In this document: positions 7,347 through 16,204 of the stretch, in pieces
Layout of the letters: the number at the start of each line of letters is the position of its first letter
Position numbering within the stretch: the first letter of the stretch is position 1
Source of the DNA: an uncultured Alphaproteobacteria bacterium
GTDB taxonomy: Bacteria > Pseudomonadota > Alphaproteobacteria > Caulobacterales > Aquidulcibacteraceae
Direction of reading: 5' to 3'
Length of the DNA: 32,000 bases
Assembly: GCA_902826335.1 (NCBI GenBank)
Contig: CADEEL010000018.1
Location: 27,515-59,514 of the forward strand
Position numbers and translations under genes: made by a program
Notes under the pieces: generated by a model
What the model was told of the DNA's origin: nothing
The model's database searches: none
What the model saw: only the letters and a program-made list of their open reading frames with translations

Positions 7347-7387
7347 GGACCGCCATATCGACTTGCGATAAATTATTACGGCGGTCC
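7347..7387. promoter_or_regulatory. Nested inverted repeat in the AraC / membrane-gene divergent region
   Basis: GGACCGCC-a-TATCG-acttg-CGATA-aattattac-GGCGGTCC: 8-bp outer arms, 5-bp inner arms, AT-rich centre. Confidence 0.3.
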
Positions 7388-7442
7388 GCGAGCAATTGAA
7401 CATGACGCCAAGCATCAAAAGCATGACCCAAGGCGACAGGCG

Positions 7443-8495
7443 GTGACGGCCGTCCTTTCGCGCGCCCAGCCCAAGATCGCCGCCGGATACCCGCGCGGCC
7501 TGGTTGAATTCGCGGTGCGCAAAGGCGCCAGCCGCGCGGCCTTGCTGACGCGGGCGGGTCTAACCGAGGCGGACCTGCGCCATCAGGACAATCATGTCGC
7601 GCTGGAGCGCTACCTCGCGCTGTTCGCCGCCGCCGCCGAATTGACGGGTGATCCTGCCATCGCCCTGCACTATGGCGAGGCCGTGCGCATGCAGGAAGTG
7701 TCGATCGTCGGCCTCATCTGCGAAGCGTGCGAGACGACGATCGATGTTGCGCGCGAAATCAATCGCTACGCCGCTCTGGTTGTCGATGACGACCGCGGCG
7801 AACCGGCGATGCTCATGCGCGGCGTACAGCGCGACGGCGGCGTCTGGATCGAGTTTCCGCACGATCTCTTCACCGCCAATCCCCCGATCGTCGAGGCGGA
7901 ATTCGCGCGTCTGGTCTGGAACGGCAGGATCATGTTCGCCAACACGCCTGAATTCCAAACCATCAAATATCCGCGCATCATTCAATTTCGCCACCCGGCG
8001 CCCAGCCATCGCTCCGAATATGAGCGCATTTTTCAATCGCCCGTCGTGTTCGACAGCCATTGGAACGCGATGCAAATCGATCCGGAATTTCTCGCTTTGA
8101 AGCAGCCGCCGGTGAACCGCTACGTCTTTGGCGTGCTGAGCGAACGGGCCGACGCGCTGTTGAAGAGCCTCGAAGACGCTAAAACCATGCGCGGCCGGGT
8201 CGAGAGCGTCCTTGTGCCGGTGCTCCACAAAAGCGAAGTCGACATGGATTTCGTAGCCCGCGAGCTGGGGCTGGGACGCCAGGCGCTGTATCGCGCCCTG
8301 AAAGCCGAAGGCCTCACCTACGAAGCCGTGCTCGACGCGCTCAGGCACCGGATGGCCCTTAACTACCTTGCGGAGCGAAAAGTCTCCGTCAACGAGGCTG
8401 CTTACCTTGTCGGCTTCTCGGAGCCGGCCGCCTTTTCGCGCGCCTTCAAGCGCTGGACGGGCATGAGTCCCAGCGAAACGCGCAAACGCTTGTAG
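7443..8495 (+). CDS. AraC/XylS-family transcriptional regulator with an N-terminal arabinose-binding-like (OruR/AdiY-type) domain
   Basis: ORF 7164..8495 has no internal ATG before the domain begins. In-frame GTG 7443 gives 350 aa. The C-terminal HTH_18 pattern is VSVNEAAYLVGFSEPAAFSRAFKRWTGMSPSETR. Confidence 0.85.
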   Translation: MTAVLSRAQPKIAAGYPRGLVEFAVRKGASRAALLTRAGLTEADLRHQDNHVALERYLALFAAAAELTGDPAIALHYGEAVRMQEVSIVGLICEACETTIDVAREINRYAALVVDDDRGEPAMLMRGVQRDGGVWIEFPHDLFTANPPIVEAEFARLVWNGRIMFANTPEFQTIKYPRIIQFRHPAPSHRSEYERIFQSPVVFDSHWNAMQIDPEFLALKQPPVNRYVFGVLSERADALLKSLEDAKTMRGRVESVLVPVLHKSEVDMDFVARELGLGRQALYRALKAEGLTYEAVLDALRHRMALNYLAERKVSVNEAAYLVGFSEPAAFSRAFKRWTGMSPSETRKRL

Positions 8496-8646
8496 GCGCC
8501 CCGGCGCCCTCTTTTCGCCGCCCACGGGTTTTAGAAATCCTATCCCCCTGCCCATGAAACCGGATGAAGGGCGGGCGCGTAAATACTATATGAATTCGTC
8601 AGCCCAGCCCGGCCCCCGCCGGCGCGGGGCGGGACCAGGGGATGAC

Positions 8647-9540
8647 ATGGCCTCCACCGCGCTCACGCTCGCGCTGTCGCCCGAACAGGGCCTGCAACGG
8701 TATCTCTCCGAGATCCGGAAATTCCCCATGCTCCAGAAGGATGAGGAATTCATGCTCGCCAAACGCTGGCAGGAGCACCAGGATTCCAAGGCGGCCCACA
8801 GGCTTGTCACGTCGCACCTGCGCCTCGTGGCCAAGATCGCCATGGGCTATCGCGGCTACGGCCTGCCGATCGGGGAAGTGATCTCGGAAGGCAATGTCGG
8901 CCTCATGCAGGCGGTCAAAAAATTCGATCCGGACAAGGGCTTTCGCCTCGCCACCTACGCCATGTGGTGGATCCGCGCCTCGATCCAGGAATACATTTTG
9001 CGCTCCTGGAGCCTCGTCAAAATGGGCACCACGGCGGCGCAAAAGAAGCTCTTCTTCAATCTGCGCCGCTTGAAGGGCGAAATCTCAGCGCTCGAGGAAG
9101 GCGATCTCAAGCCCGAGAACGTCAAGACCATCGCGCACAAATTAGCGGTGACGGAGGACGAAGTCGTCTCCATGAACCGGCGCCTGTCCGGCGGCGATGC
9201 AAGCCTCAACGCGCCGATCGCCTCCGACGGCGAATCCGAATGGCAGGATTGGTTGGCGGACGATACGCAGGAGAGCCAGGAATCGACGCTCGCCCGCACC
9301 GAGGAATTTGGCGCGCGTATGAGCTTGCTGCAGGCGGCGATGGCTGACCTCAGCGAACGCGAGCGTCACATCATAGAAGAACGGCGCCTGAAGGATGAGC
9401 CCGCCACTTTGGAGGATCTCTCCAAGGAATATGGCGTCTCCCGTGAGCGCGTACGCCAGATCGAGGTGCGCGCCTTCGAGAAACTTCAAAAGGCGATGAA
9501 GAAGCAGGCGCTGGAACGCGGGTTGGTGGAAGCAGAATAA
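8647..9540 (+). CDS. rpoH: RNA polymerase sigma-32 heat-shock factor RpoH
   Basis: ATG 8647 follows AGGGGA. Sequence LQRYLSEIRKFPMLQKDEEFMLAKRW, ISEGNVGLMQAVKKFDPDKGFRLATYAMWWIRASIQEYILRSWSLVKMGTTAAQKKLFFNLRR (RpoH box), and YGVSRERVRQIE in region 4.2. Confidence 0.95.
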   Translation: MASTALTLALSPEQGLQRYLSEIRKFPMLQKDEEFMLAKRWQEHQDSKAAHRLVTSHLRLVAKIAMGYRGYGLPIGEVISEGNVGLMQAVKKFDPDKGFRLATYAMWWIRASIQEYILRSWSLVKMGTTAAQKKLFFNLRRLKGEISALEEGDLKPENVKTIAHKLAVTEDEVVSMNRRLSGGDASLNAPIASDGESEWQDWLADDTQESQESTLARTEEFGARMSLLQAAMADLSERERHIIEERRLKDEPATLEDLSKEYGVSRERVRQIEVRAFEKLQKAMKKQALERGLVEAE

Positions 9541-9571
9541 ATCCGCCCCCAAATCGCCGCACGCGCGCGTC

Positions 9572-10489
9572 ATGAGCGCGCCCATGAGCTGGACCCGCCG
9601 CACGCTTGTCGCTTGCGCCGCCGCACTCGCCGCGCGGCCGGCCTTCGCGCACGATCCCGCAGCGCTCGTCGATCCTTATACGGAGGAAACCGAGGCGCGC
9701 GGGCCACGCCGCGCCCTGCCCTTCACCGCGACGTTTCAAAACCATGGCCGGCGCCTCACCTTCGTCGCCACGCTGCATGATACCGATCGGCGCGGGGCAA
9801 CCTTCCGCGCCATTGACCGCGCCTTCGCGCAGCGGCCGAACGCCCTTCTGGTCGAGGGCTTTCCCTCGTCCTGGGGCGTCAATCCCACGCGCATCCTCGA
9901 TGTTGTGCGCGCCAGCGCCGCCGATCCACGCGGCGCCGATTCCTATGTGCGCGGCGAACCCGGCCACGCGCTGCGCCAGGCGCTTCAACGCGGCGCGCCG
10001 ATCCATGGCGGAGAGCCCGATAACGCCGCGATCGACCGCGCTCTGATCGCGCTGGGTTATGCGCCGGCCGACATCGCCGCCGTCAAAGTGCTGCAATGGA
10101 TTCCACAAGGCCGCATCGCCGGCGAATTTCGCGACAACCGCGATCCGCGCTTTCGCGCATTTCTCGATCAAGCCTGCGCGCGCATCGCCGCCGAGTTCGA
10201 GCCGGCGCTTCTCTTCAATCGCGGCCTTTATGAGCGCTGGCACGCGCGCCAGTTCGGCCGATCCGTCTATGAGGACGATCTTTATCACGAGCGGCTCGAT
10301 CCGCGCGCGCGCACGCAGGCGGGCGACATCTCCCGCGCCATGACGCTGGTGCGCGACCGCCACATCTTTGGTGAAATCCTGCGCGTGCTGGCGCGCCATG
10401 ACCGCACGCTTGTCGTCTATGGCGGCGTACACCTCATCACGCAGTGGCGCGCGCTCAACGCGGCGCTCGGCGCCCCGCGCCTGTCTTAG
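9572..10489 (+). CDS. Exported hypothetical protein, possibly of the TraB/GumN/Tiki superfamily
   Basis: Signal-like N-terminus SWTRRTLVACAAALAARPAFA. Paired motifs FVATLHD...LLVEG and LVVYGGVHL resemble the duplicated GxxH/E pattern of that superfamily. Weak call. Confidence 0.4.
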   Translation: MSAPMSWTRRTLVACAAALAARPAFAHDPAALVDPYTEETEARGPRRALPFTATFQNHGRRLTFVATLHDTDRRGATFRAIDRAFAQRPNALLVEGFPSSWGVNPTRILDVVRASAADPRGADSYVRGEPGHALRQALQRGAPIHGGEPDNAAIDRALIALGYAPADIAAVKVLQWIPQGRIAGEFRDNRDPRFRAFLDQACARIAAEFEPALLFNRGLYERWHARQFGRSVYEDDLYHERLDPRARTQAGDISRAMTLVRDRHIFGEILRVLARHDRTLVVYGGVHLITQWRALNAALGAPRLS

Positions 10490-11409
10490 AGATAGTCAAG
10501 CAGCGTCAGTTTTGAGAGATCTGAAAAGACCTTCGCCGTCGCCTGATATTGCGCCTGCAGCGTCGCCAACTGGATCGATATTCTAGGAATGTCCGCGTCG
10601 GCGATATCGCCAATTTCTCGGGACAGCAGATTTGAGCGCGCCTCATTGCGGGCGCGCTCGGATGTGAGACGCTGCTCCAACTGCCCCGCGCGCGCATCGG
10701 CGGCCGTGAGCGTTTGCGCCGAGGATTCAAGCCGCGTGGCCAGCGCCTGCAAGGCGTCACGTTGCGTCTGGGTGAGGTCCTCGCCGAGTTGTCCGCCATT
10801 CGAATCGAGCAGGAGCTTGAGATCGCGCATCGCGTTCATCAGATCGCCGCTGATCTCGGACGCCTTGTCCGCAAGCGCGACGGGCGCGCCGAGCCCCAAA
10901 TCCATGACTTGGTGGCGATTGGCTTCATCGAAAATGTCATCCGGCCCCGCGGCGGCGACCAGCGCCTGCAGATCGCCGACCTTGATCGGCCCGGCGCCGA
11001 CGCGTTCGCCAGCGAACAGCGGCTGGCCGTTCCAGGTCTCGTTGAGCGCGGAGACAACGCTGCCGAACGCGAGATTAAGCTCCAGACCGACGGTCTGGCC
11101 GTCATCGTCCGCCACCGCGTTGCGCAAGGACAGCGCCAAGGCGCGGCTTGCCTCCGATGCGCGCGACAGCGCGGCCGATTGCACGCTGAATCGCGCAATC
11201 ATCTGGTTCGCCGCTTCGCCACGCGCGTCGGATAGCGCACGCAGCCCGCGGGTATCGACAAGGCGGCTTGCGTCCGCGCCATAACCTTGAAGATCGCCAG
11301 CGATGACGCCAGTCGACACCTGCTGCTGCAACGCCGACATTTCCGCCGTCATGCGCGAGATATCGTATTGCATCTGCGTGGTGAAGCGAAGCGTGATTGC
11401 GCTGGTCAT
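10486..11409 (-). CDS. flgL: Flagellar hook-associated protein 3 (FlgL)
   Basis: 307 aa starting 11 nt downstream of flgK. Flagellin-like N- and C-terminal heptad regions (C-terminus ...IQLATLQAQYQATAKVFSDLSKLTLLDYL). Confidence 0.85.
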   Translation of the reverse strand: MTSAITLRFTTQMQYDISRMTAEMSALQQQVSTGVIAGDLQGYGADASRLVDTRGLRALSDARGEAANQMIARFSVQSAALSRASEASRALALSLRNAVADDDGQTVGLELNLAFGSVVSALNETWNGQPLFAGERVGAGPIKVGDLQALVAAAGPDDIFDEANRHQVMDLGLGAPVALADKASEISGDLMNAMRDLKLLLDSNGGQLGEDLTQTQRDALQALATRLESSAQTLTAADARAGQLEQRLTSERARNEARSNLLSREIGDIADADIPRISIQLATLQAQYQATAKVFSDLSKLTLLDYL

Positions 11410-11420
11410 GGTTCAATCGC

Positions 11421-13574
11421 CTAATAGCGGCCAAGCGCCAACAGGATGTCGTACATTTCATTCGCCGCCTGAATGAGGCGCGAGGCGGCAGCATAAGCGT
11501 TTTGGTACGTTGTCATGCGGATGAGTTCATCATCGATGGAGACGCCCTCAACCTGTGAACGCCGATCTCCCGCCGCCGTGGCCAGCGCGCGCGCACCCTC
11601 TGTCGCGCGCGCGGCGTCGCTGGAAATGCGCCCGGCCATGCCGGCGAAACGCGCGGCGTAGATGCCAGGCGAAGTCGATTGGGCGAGCATCTGTCCAGCC
11701 GCCGGAAAATCGTGGGCCGCGTCGCGCGCACGCGCGAGCGCGGCGGCGCCGCGATTATCGCCCGCTTCGCTGATCACATCGCCGATCGCGGCGGAGAGGT
11801 CGGGACGGGCGACGCCGAGCCGGCCTGGATTGGCGGCGATAGAAGCAGACACATCCATCTCAACGGCGCGCGTCGCGCCGGCGCTGTAGCTGAGGCCAAA
11901 CAGCGAAGACATCGATACGCCGGTCGCGCCGCGTGTCGTGGAATCGCCGTTCAGGACGACATCGAATCCAGTGCGCGGCGTCCAATCGACACGTCCGGCA
12001 GCGGCGTCGTAGGAAAACACCGCGTACTGACCAAGGCCGGTGGATGTATTGTTGAGCGTGGCGACGAGGTCTGTCCATGTCGATCCGCCGGCGGCGAGTG
12101 CGCCGTTGATCGTCAGCGACGGCGAGGAAATGATGCGGCCCGCCGTGTCGCGCACGCGAAAATTCAGCACGCCGCCGGAATTGAGCCCATGCGCGTCGCT
12201 CGCCGCGCCGCCCGTTTCAAAGAAGATCGGCGCGGGTCGATCAACAACATCGTTGAGGCCGAAGAAGTGCGCAAACCCGCGTCCCGTGCGCGCGCTCGGA
12301 TCGGCGCCGTCCTGCTGCACGATGAGCCCAGCGCCCGACGCGGCTGTCAGTGAAAGCCGCCCATCCGTGAAACCCGCCGCCCCGGCCGGGCTCGCGGCCG
12401 CCAGCGCAAGGTTGAGCGCGGAGGCGAAGCTGCCAATCGTGTTGGAAAAATTGAACGCGCCGGCCGGTTGTTCCGCGCTGATTTGGCCCGCATCGAAATC
12501 GATCGTCAGCCTTTGCGCGAGCGCGCCATTGGCGTCCGTGACGCCGATGATCGCCTTGCCGGTAAAATTGAGCGCATCGCCCGCGAGTAGGCCTGTTTGA
12601 CGCCCTTGAAGATCACTCGGCGCCGGATAAGACGAGTTCTCGTTGTGCACCTTGTTGAGCGCATCGCCGATCGCCGCGGCGAAGCCGCCCAGGGCTTCCG
12701 CCAATTGCCGCAGATCGACATCGCGCGCCTCGATGAGGCCCTTGAGTTCACCGTTGCCAAGATATGGCTCGAGATTGCCGGCATTATCGATCGCCGCATT
12801 ATACGATATGCCATTGAACGCTGAGAACGGCGCGCCGCTCGGCGTATAAGCGATGTTGGCCGCGCTCTCCCCGACGAGCAACGCCCCGCCCCCGGTGCGC
12901 ACATGCACGCCGCCCTGTTCGAGCGGCGTGACTCGAATGTCGAGAATCGCCGCCAGCTTGTCGATCGCGGCCGATTGGGCGTTTTCCGCCGCCGCCGCAT
13001 CGGCGCCCGAACGGCGCGTCAGCCGAATATCATTGTTGAGAGCGGCAATGCGCTGAATGATGTCCTGCGCCTCGGAGACCTTATCGCCGACGCGCTCATC
13101 GGCCTCGCCGATCAACACCTGCACGTCCTGCGCCGTGCGCCGCACTTCCGAATAGAGCGCCGAGAGCGAGGCGACCGCTTCATCGCGCCGCAAGGTCGAG
13201 GATGGATCAACGCCAAGGCTGGTGAACGCCGGCCACACGCGCTCGAATGTGGCGAACAAGGATGTCTCGCTCGAAGGATCGCCAAAACTCGCTTGCGCGC
13301 GCGCCAACAATTCAGAGCGCGCCCCGGCGCGGCCCTGCGCCGCCTCGGCCATGTGGCTCGCCGTCGCCAGAAATCGGTTCGCCGCGCGCTGGACGACGCC
13401 GTCATCAACGCCGGCGCCGTTGCCAAACTGCGTCAGCGGTGTGAACTGCACCTCCGTGCGCACATAGCCGGGCGTATTGACGTTGGCGACATTTTGCGCG
13501 GCGACTTGCAGGCCAGTCTGACTGGCGTGAAGACCGGTCAGTGCTGTACGGAAAATCGTGCTGAGGCTGGTCAT
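11421..13574 (-). CDS. flgK: Flagellar hook-associated protein 1 (FlgK)
   Basis: 717 aa. N-terminus TALTGLHASQTGLQVAAQNVANVNTPGYVR (rod/hook N-terminal motif). C-terminus SIDDELIRMTTYQNAYAAASRLIQAANEMYDILL. Confidence 0.95.
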   Translation of the reverse strand: MTSLSTIFRTALTGLHASQTGLQVAAQNVANVNTPGYVRTEVQFTPLTQFGNGAGVDDGVVQRAANRFLATASHMAEAAQGRAGARSELLARAQASFGDPSSETSLFATFERVWPAFTSLGVDPSSTLRRDEAVASLSALYSEVRRTAQDVQVLIGEADERVGDKVSEAQDIIQRIAALNNDIRLTRRSGADAAAAENAQSAAIDKLAAILDIRVTPLEQGGVHVRTGGGALLVGESAANIAYTPSGAPFSAFNGISYNAAIDNAGNLEPYLGNGELKGLIEARDVDLRQLAEALGGFAAAIGDALNKVHNENSSYPAPSDLQGRQTGLLAGDALNFTGKAIIGVTDANGALAQRLTIDFDAGQISAEQPAGAFNFSNTIGSFASALNLALAAASPAGAAGFTDGRLSLTAASGAGLIVQQDGADPSARTGRGFAHFFGLNDVVDRPAPIFFETGGAASDAHGLNSGGVLNFRVRDTAGRIISSPSLTINGALAAGGSTWTDLVATLNNTSTGLGQYAVFSYDAAAGRVDWTPRTGFDVVLNGDSTTRGATGVSMSSLFGLSYSAGATRAVEMDVSASIAANPGRLGVARPDLSAAIGDVISEAGDNRGAAALARARDAAHDFPAAGQMLAQSTSPGIYAARFAGMAGRISSDAARATEGARALATAAGDRRSQVEGVSIDDELIRMTTYQNAYAAASRLIQAANEMYDILLALGRY

Positions 13575-13746
13575 CGCGCGCCCGGCATTAGGCGCCCGGG
13601 CCTCGGCAAGTTTGACCTAGTGAAAGCGTCTCCGCGCGGCGGCCTCGTCGCTCCGTGGTTCGACCGAAGTGCCTGACGATGCATGGGTTTTCCAGATCGA
13701 TGCGGCGGGCGCGCGGACCAATTCCACGCGGAGACGCATGTTGCGT

Positions 13747-13762
13747 CGCAAGCTTCGGGCCA
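13747..13762 (-). promoter_or_regulatory. Sigma-54 (-24/-12) promoter candidate for flgK-flgL
   Basis: The reverse strand reads TGGCCC-GAAGC-TTGCG, with exact GG-N10-GC spacing, about 175 nt upstream of the flgK ATG. Confidence 0.6.
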
Positions 13763-13782
13763 CGCATTCACCATAACGCGCG

Positions 13783-13824
13783 CCCGGCAGAAGCTGCCGT
13801 CCCCGCGCGGCGCTTCTTGCCGGG
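13783..13824. promoter_or_regulatory. Enhancer-like dyad between the divergent sigma-54 promoters (candidate FlbD / ftr-type site)
   Basis: CCCGGCAGAAGC -17 nt- GCTTCTTGCCGGG (arms match 12 of 13 with one extra base). The left arm is itself part of the perfect palindrome CGGCAG-AAG-CTGCCG. It lies 70-110 bp upstream of the fliK -24 element. Confidence 0.4.
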
Positions 13825-13893
13825 CATGGTGAATGGGCGCGGCGCCAAGCATTTTAGAGCGCTGTTTTGTAACGGTTTTTTTGGTTTACGCGA

Positions 13894-13909
13894 TGGCCCG
13901 ACGCTTGCT
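13894..13909 (+). promoter_or_regulatory. Sigma-54 (-24/-12) promoter candidate for fliK-flgD-flgE
   Basis: TGGCCC-GACGC-TTGCT with exact GG-N10-GC spacing, 50 nt upstream of the fliK ATG. The core is almost identical to the flgK promoter candidate. A T-rich tract (13871-13884) lies just upstream. Confidence 0.65.
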
Positions 13910-13958
13910 CTGAGAATCCGTGGCCATGCGCGCCCGTGCGCGTAGCCGAGGAGTCTGC

Positions 13959-15425
13959 ATGGACGTAGCATTCATTCCGACTGCGCCTGCGCCAGCGCCC
14001 ACGCCCAGCGAGCCGCCCTCGGCGTCCGCTGAGGCGGACGATTTCGCGGTGCATCTGGATGCGCCCGAGGATACGGACGCGCCACCGGAAGACCACGCGC
14101 CGCCCACGGATTTGACGTCCGGCGAACGGCCGCGCCCACAACCTGCGTCCCTGGCCATCGACGCGGCGATCCTGTTCGCGCCCGCTCCGGCCCCGCCCGC
14201 CGCGCCGCAGCTCGCCTCCGAACTCACCCCGGCCGTGACCGCGCCCGCTCCGGTGCTGGAACCGAACATCGAGGGTAACGCGCAGGCGCCGATGATCCCT
14301 CCCGTGGAAACGAAATCAGCGCCGCACACAGATGCGCAGGTGGCCACGCCAGCCACGACGGCGCACGCGCCTCTCCCGGCAACGCCTTCGGACGCGCCGC
14401 GCGCACCAGCCCGGCCAGACATCACCGCGCCGCCAGCGATCGCTGCCGCGCATGGCGTGGACAAGCCGGCGATTGGCGCAGTCGCGGCGGCGCCAGACGC
14501 GCCGCCCGCCGCCCTCAACGCCGCGTCTATTGCTTCCGCGGCGCGGCCGGCCCGTCCCACGCGCCTTGCCCAGGCCGCCCAACAGGCAACCCAAACTGCC
14601 GCGCCCGCGTCGCCCGTGGCGGTCGCCGAAGACCCGCTCACGCCAGCTCCGCCCAGTCCGGAGGCGGTTGCGCCAACCATCCAGCCCGCGCGCGCCGCGC
14701 CCGCAACACAAGCAACGCCGGCGGCCGAGACGACGCCGGCGCATCAGCAGCTCGCCGCGCTGAATTCAAAAGCGGTGGAAGCGCCCGAACCCGCCGAGGC
14801 GGCCGCCCCGCCACCGGCGGCTCTCGCCAGCGCGCAGCGCAACGCCGCGCCGCGCGCCGAGGCTGGCGCCGCGCAACCGGCGCACAATACGGCCGCCGCG
14901 CCAAGCGCCGATCCAGTTGCGATCGATCCATCCGCGACTCTCGCCGCAGCGCCCGATAGCGACATCGCGCCTAGCGAAACGCATACGGCGCGCGCCGCGC
15001 AGACGGCGACGCCCGCCGCCCAGATCGCCCAACACATTGTGCGCCGGATCGACAACGGCGCGACGCGCTTTGAATTGCGCCTCGACCCGCCCGAGCTTGG
15101 CCGCGTCGATGTGCGTCTCGAACTCGGCCGCGATCACCGCGTCACCGCCCTGATCGCGGCGGAAGAGCCCACGACCCTTGCCCAGCTCACGCGCGCGGCG
15201 CGCGAAATCGAACTGACGCTTGAATCCGCCGGCCTCGAACTCGCGGAAAACGGCCTCAGCTTTGATCTCAGCGGCGGCGGCGAGGCCGGGCGCGACGCAC
15301 AATCCTTCAGCGCGGGGGCGCACGCGGCGCCGGCGCGCGGGCTGGCGGAGTCCGATCCCCCGCTCGCGCGCCGCGCGCTCGCGCTTGAAAGCTGGCGCGG
15401 CGCGCGCGTCGATCTGGTTGCTTGA
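13959..15425 (+). CDS. fliK: Flagellar hook-length control protein (FliK-like; FlbG position)
   Basis: ATG 13959 with GAGGAG 6 nt upstream. About 350 aa of Ala/Pro-rich low complexity are followed by a Flg_hook-type C-terminal domain: ATRFELRLDPPELGRVDVRLELGRDHRVTALIAAEEPTTLAQL. Confidence 0.85.
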   Translation: MDVAFIPTAPAPAPTPSEPPSASAEADDFAVHLDAPEDTDAPPEDHAPPTDLTSGERPRPQPASLAIDAAILFAPAPAPPAAPQLASELTPAVTAPAPVLEPNIEGNAQAPMIPPVETKSAPHTDAQVATPATTAHAPLPATPSDAPRAPARPDITAPPAIAAAHGVDKPAIGAVAAAPDAPPAALNAASIASAARPARPTRLAQAAQQATQTAAPASPVAVAEDPLTPAPPSPEAVAPTIQPARAAPATQATPAAETTPAHQQLAALNSKAVEAPEPAEAAAPPPAALASAQRNAAPRAEAGAAQPAHNTAAAPSADPVAIDPSATLAAAPDSDIAPSETHTARAAQTATPAAQIAQHIVRRIDNGATRFELRLDPPELGRVDVRLELGRDHRVTALIAAEEPTTLAQLTRAAREIELTLESAGLELAENGLSFDLSGGGEAGRDAQSFSAGAHAAPARGLAESDPPLARRALALESWRGARVDLVA

Positions 15426-15434
15426 GGAAACGTC

Positions 15435-16097
15435 ATGCCGACTACCGCCATCACGCCGACGACGCCGACGACGACAGCGCAAGCCACGCAGTCGCTCTCG
15501 GATAATTTCGATACGTTTCTGACGCTGCTCACCGCGCAGATTCAAAATCAGGATCCGCTCTCGCCGATGGATTCGGCGCAATTCACACAGCAATTGGTGC
15601 AATTCAGCCAGGTCGAGCAGCAAATCCGCACCAACGAAAATCTGGAATCGATGCTTTCGCAAAATCAAGCGGCCGCCGCGGCGCTGCCGCTGTCTTATCT
15701 CGGCCGCGCCGCGCTGCTCGATAGCCCCCACACCACGCTGCCGGAAGGCGGCGAGGCGAGCTGGACCTACGCCCTCACGGAATCGCCAGCGCAAGTCACG
15801 CTTAACGTGCGCGACGCGGCGGGCCGCATCGTCTTCACCGCCGAGGGGCCCGCTGCGGCCGGATCACACACCTTTACCTGGGACGGCCGGCGCACCAATG
15901 GGGGCGAGGCGCCGCCCGGCGTCTACGAACTTTCGGTTTCCGCGCGCGATGACGAAGGCGACGCCATCGCCGCCGAAGTCACCGTCATGGAAATCGTCTC
16001 CGGCATCGATCTGACCGCCGCGCAACCGCGCGTGATCACGCAAAGCGGCCCGCACGATCTAGACGACATTCTCGGCATTCTGGCCCCGCCAAGCTAA
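15435..16097 (+). CDS. flgD: Flagellar hook capping/assembly protein FlgD
   Basis: FLTLLTAQIQNQDPLSPMDSAQFTQQLVQFSQVEQ is the FlgD signature. The C-terminus is FlgD Ig-like (FTWDGRRTNGGEAPPGVYELSV). Confidence 0.95.
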   Translation: MPTTAITPTTPTTTAQATQSLSDNFDTFLTLLTAQIQNQDPLSPMDSAQFTQQLVQFSQVEQQIRTNENLESMLSQNQAAAAALPLSYLGRAALLDSPHTTLPEGGEASWTYALTESPAQVTLNVRDAAGRIVFTAEGPAAAGSHTFTWDGRRTNGGEAPPGVYELSVSARDDEGDAIAAEVTVMEIVSGIDLTAAQPRVITQSGPHDLDDILGILAPPS

Positions 16098-16173
16098 CGC
16101 GGCCTGACATCATGACGCGGCCAGAAGGCGGCGTGACCCGCGCAGAAGCGCTCCATGCATAGACCTCAACCCA

Positions 16174-16195
16174 GCGCGCCATGGGCGCGCCATGG
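16174..16195 (+). repeat. Perfect 11-bp tandem duplication (gcgcgccatgg x2) overlapping the flgE Shine-Dalgarno region
   Basis: gcgcgccatgg|gcgcgccatgg is followed by agcagatcgATG. The two CCATGG copies can pair (6-bp stem, 5-nt loop), and the second copy supplies the GG of the GGAG SD. Confidence 0.7.
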
Positions 16196-16204
16196 AGCAG
16201 ATCG

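Noticed and set aside
7560-8555. 331-aa minus-strand ORF
   Set aside because: It is antisense to the AraC-family gene, whose HTH and ligand-domain motifs are clear. I saw no recognisable features or start context.
8554-8646. N-terminal extension of rpoH (ORF track start at 8554)
   Set aside because: The extension (MKPDEGRARKYYMNSSAQPGPRRRGAGPGDD) is not part of any RpoH I know. ATG 8647 has a good AGGGGA SD and gives the standard length of about 297 aa.
9371-10432. 353-aa minus-strand ORF
   Set aside because: It is antisense to the 3' end of rpoH and to the exported 9572..10489 gene. Its composition is typical of a high-GC shadow ORF.
13581-13587. CCCGGCA / TGCCGGG heptamer as a stand-alone FlbD-site marker
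   Set aside because: At this GC content the heptamer is expected roughly 16 times by chance in 32 kb on both strands, and it also occurs inside flhA (about 25691). Only the paired dyad at 13783-13824 is reported.
13886-15794. Long minus-strand ORFs (13886..14680, 14316..14744, 14766..15794) and alternative plus-frame ORFs over fliK/flgD
   Set aside because: They are antisense or out of frame relative to fliK and flgD. The repetitive GC-rich Ala/Pro-coding DNA keeps several frames open. The products are Arg/Gly/Ala runs without motifs.
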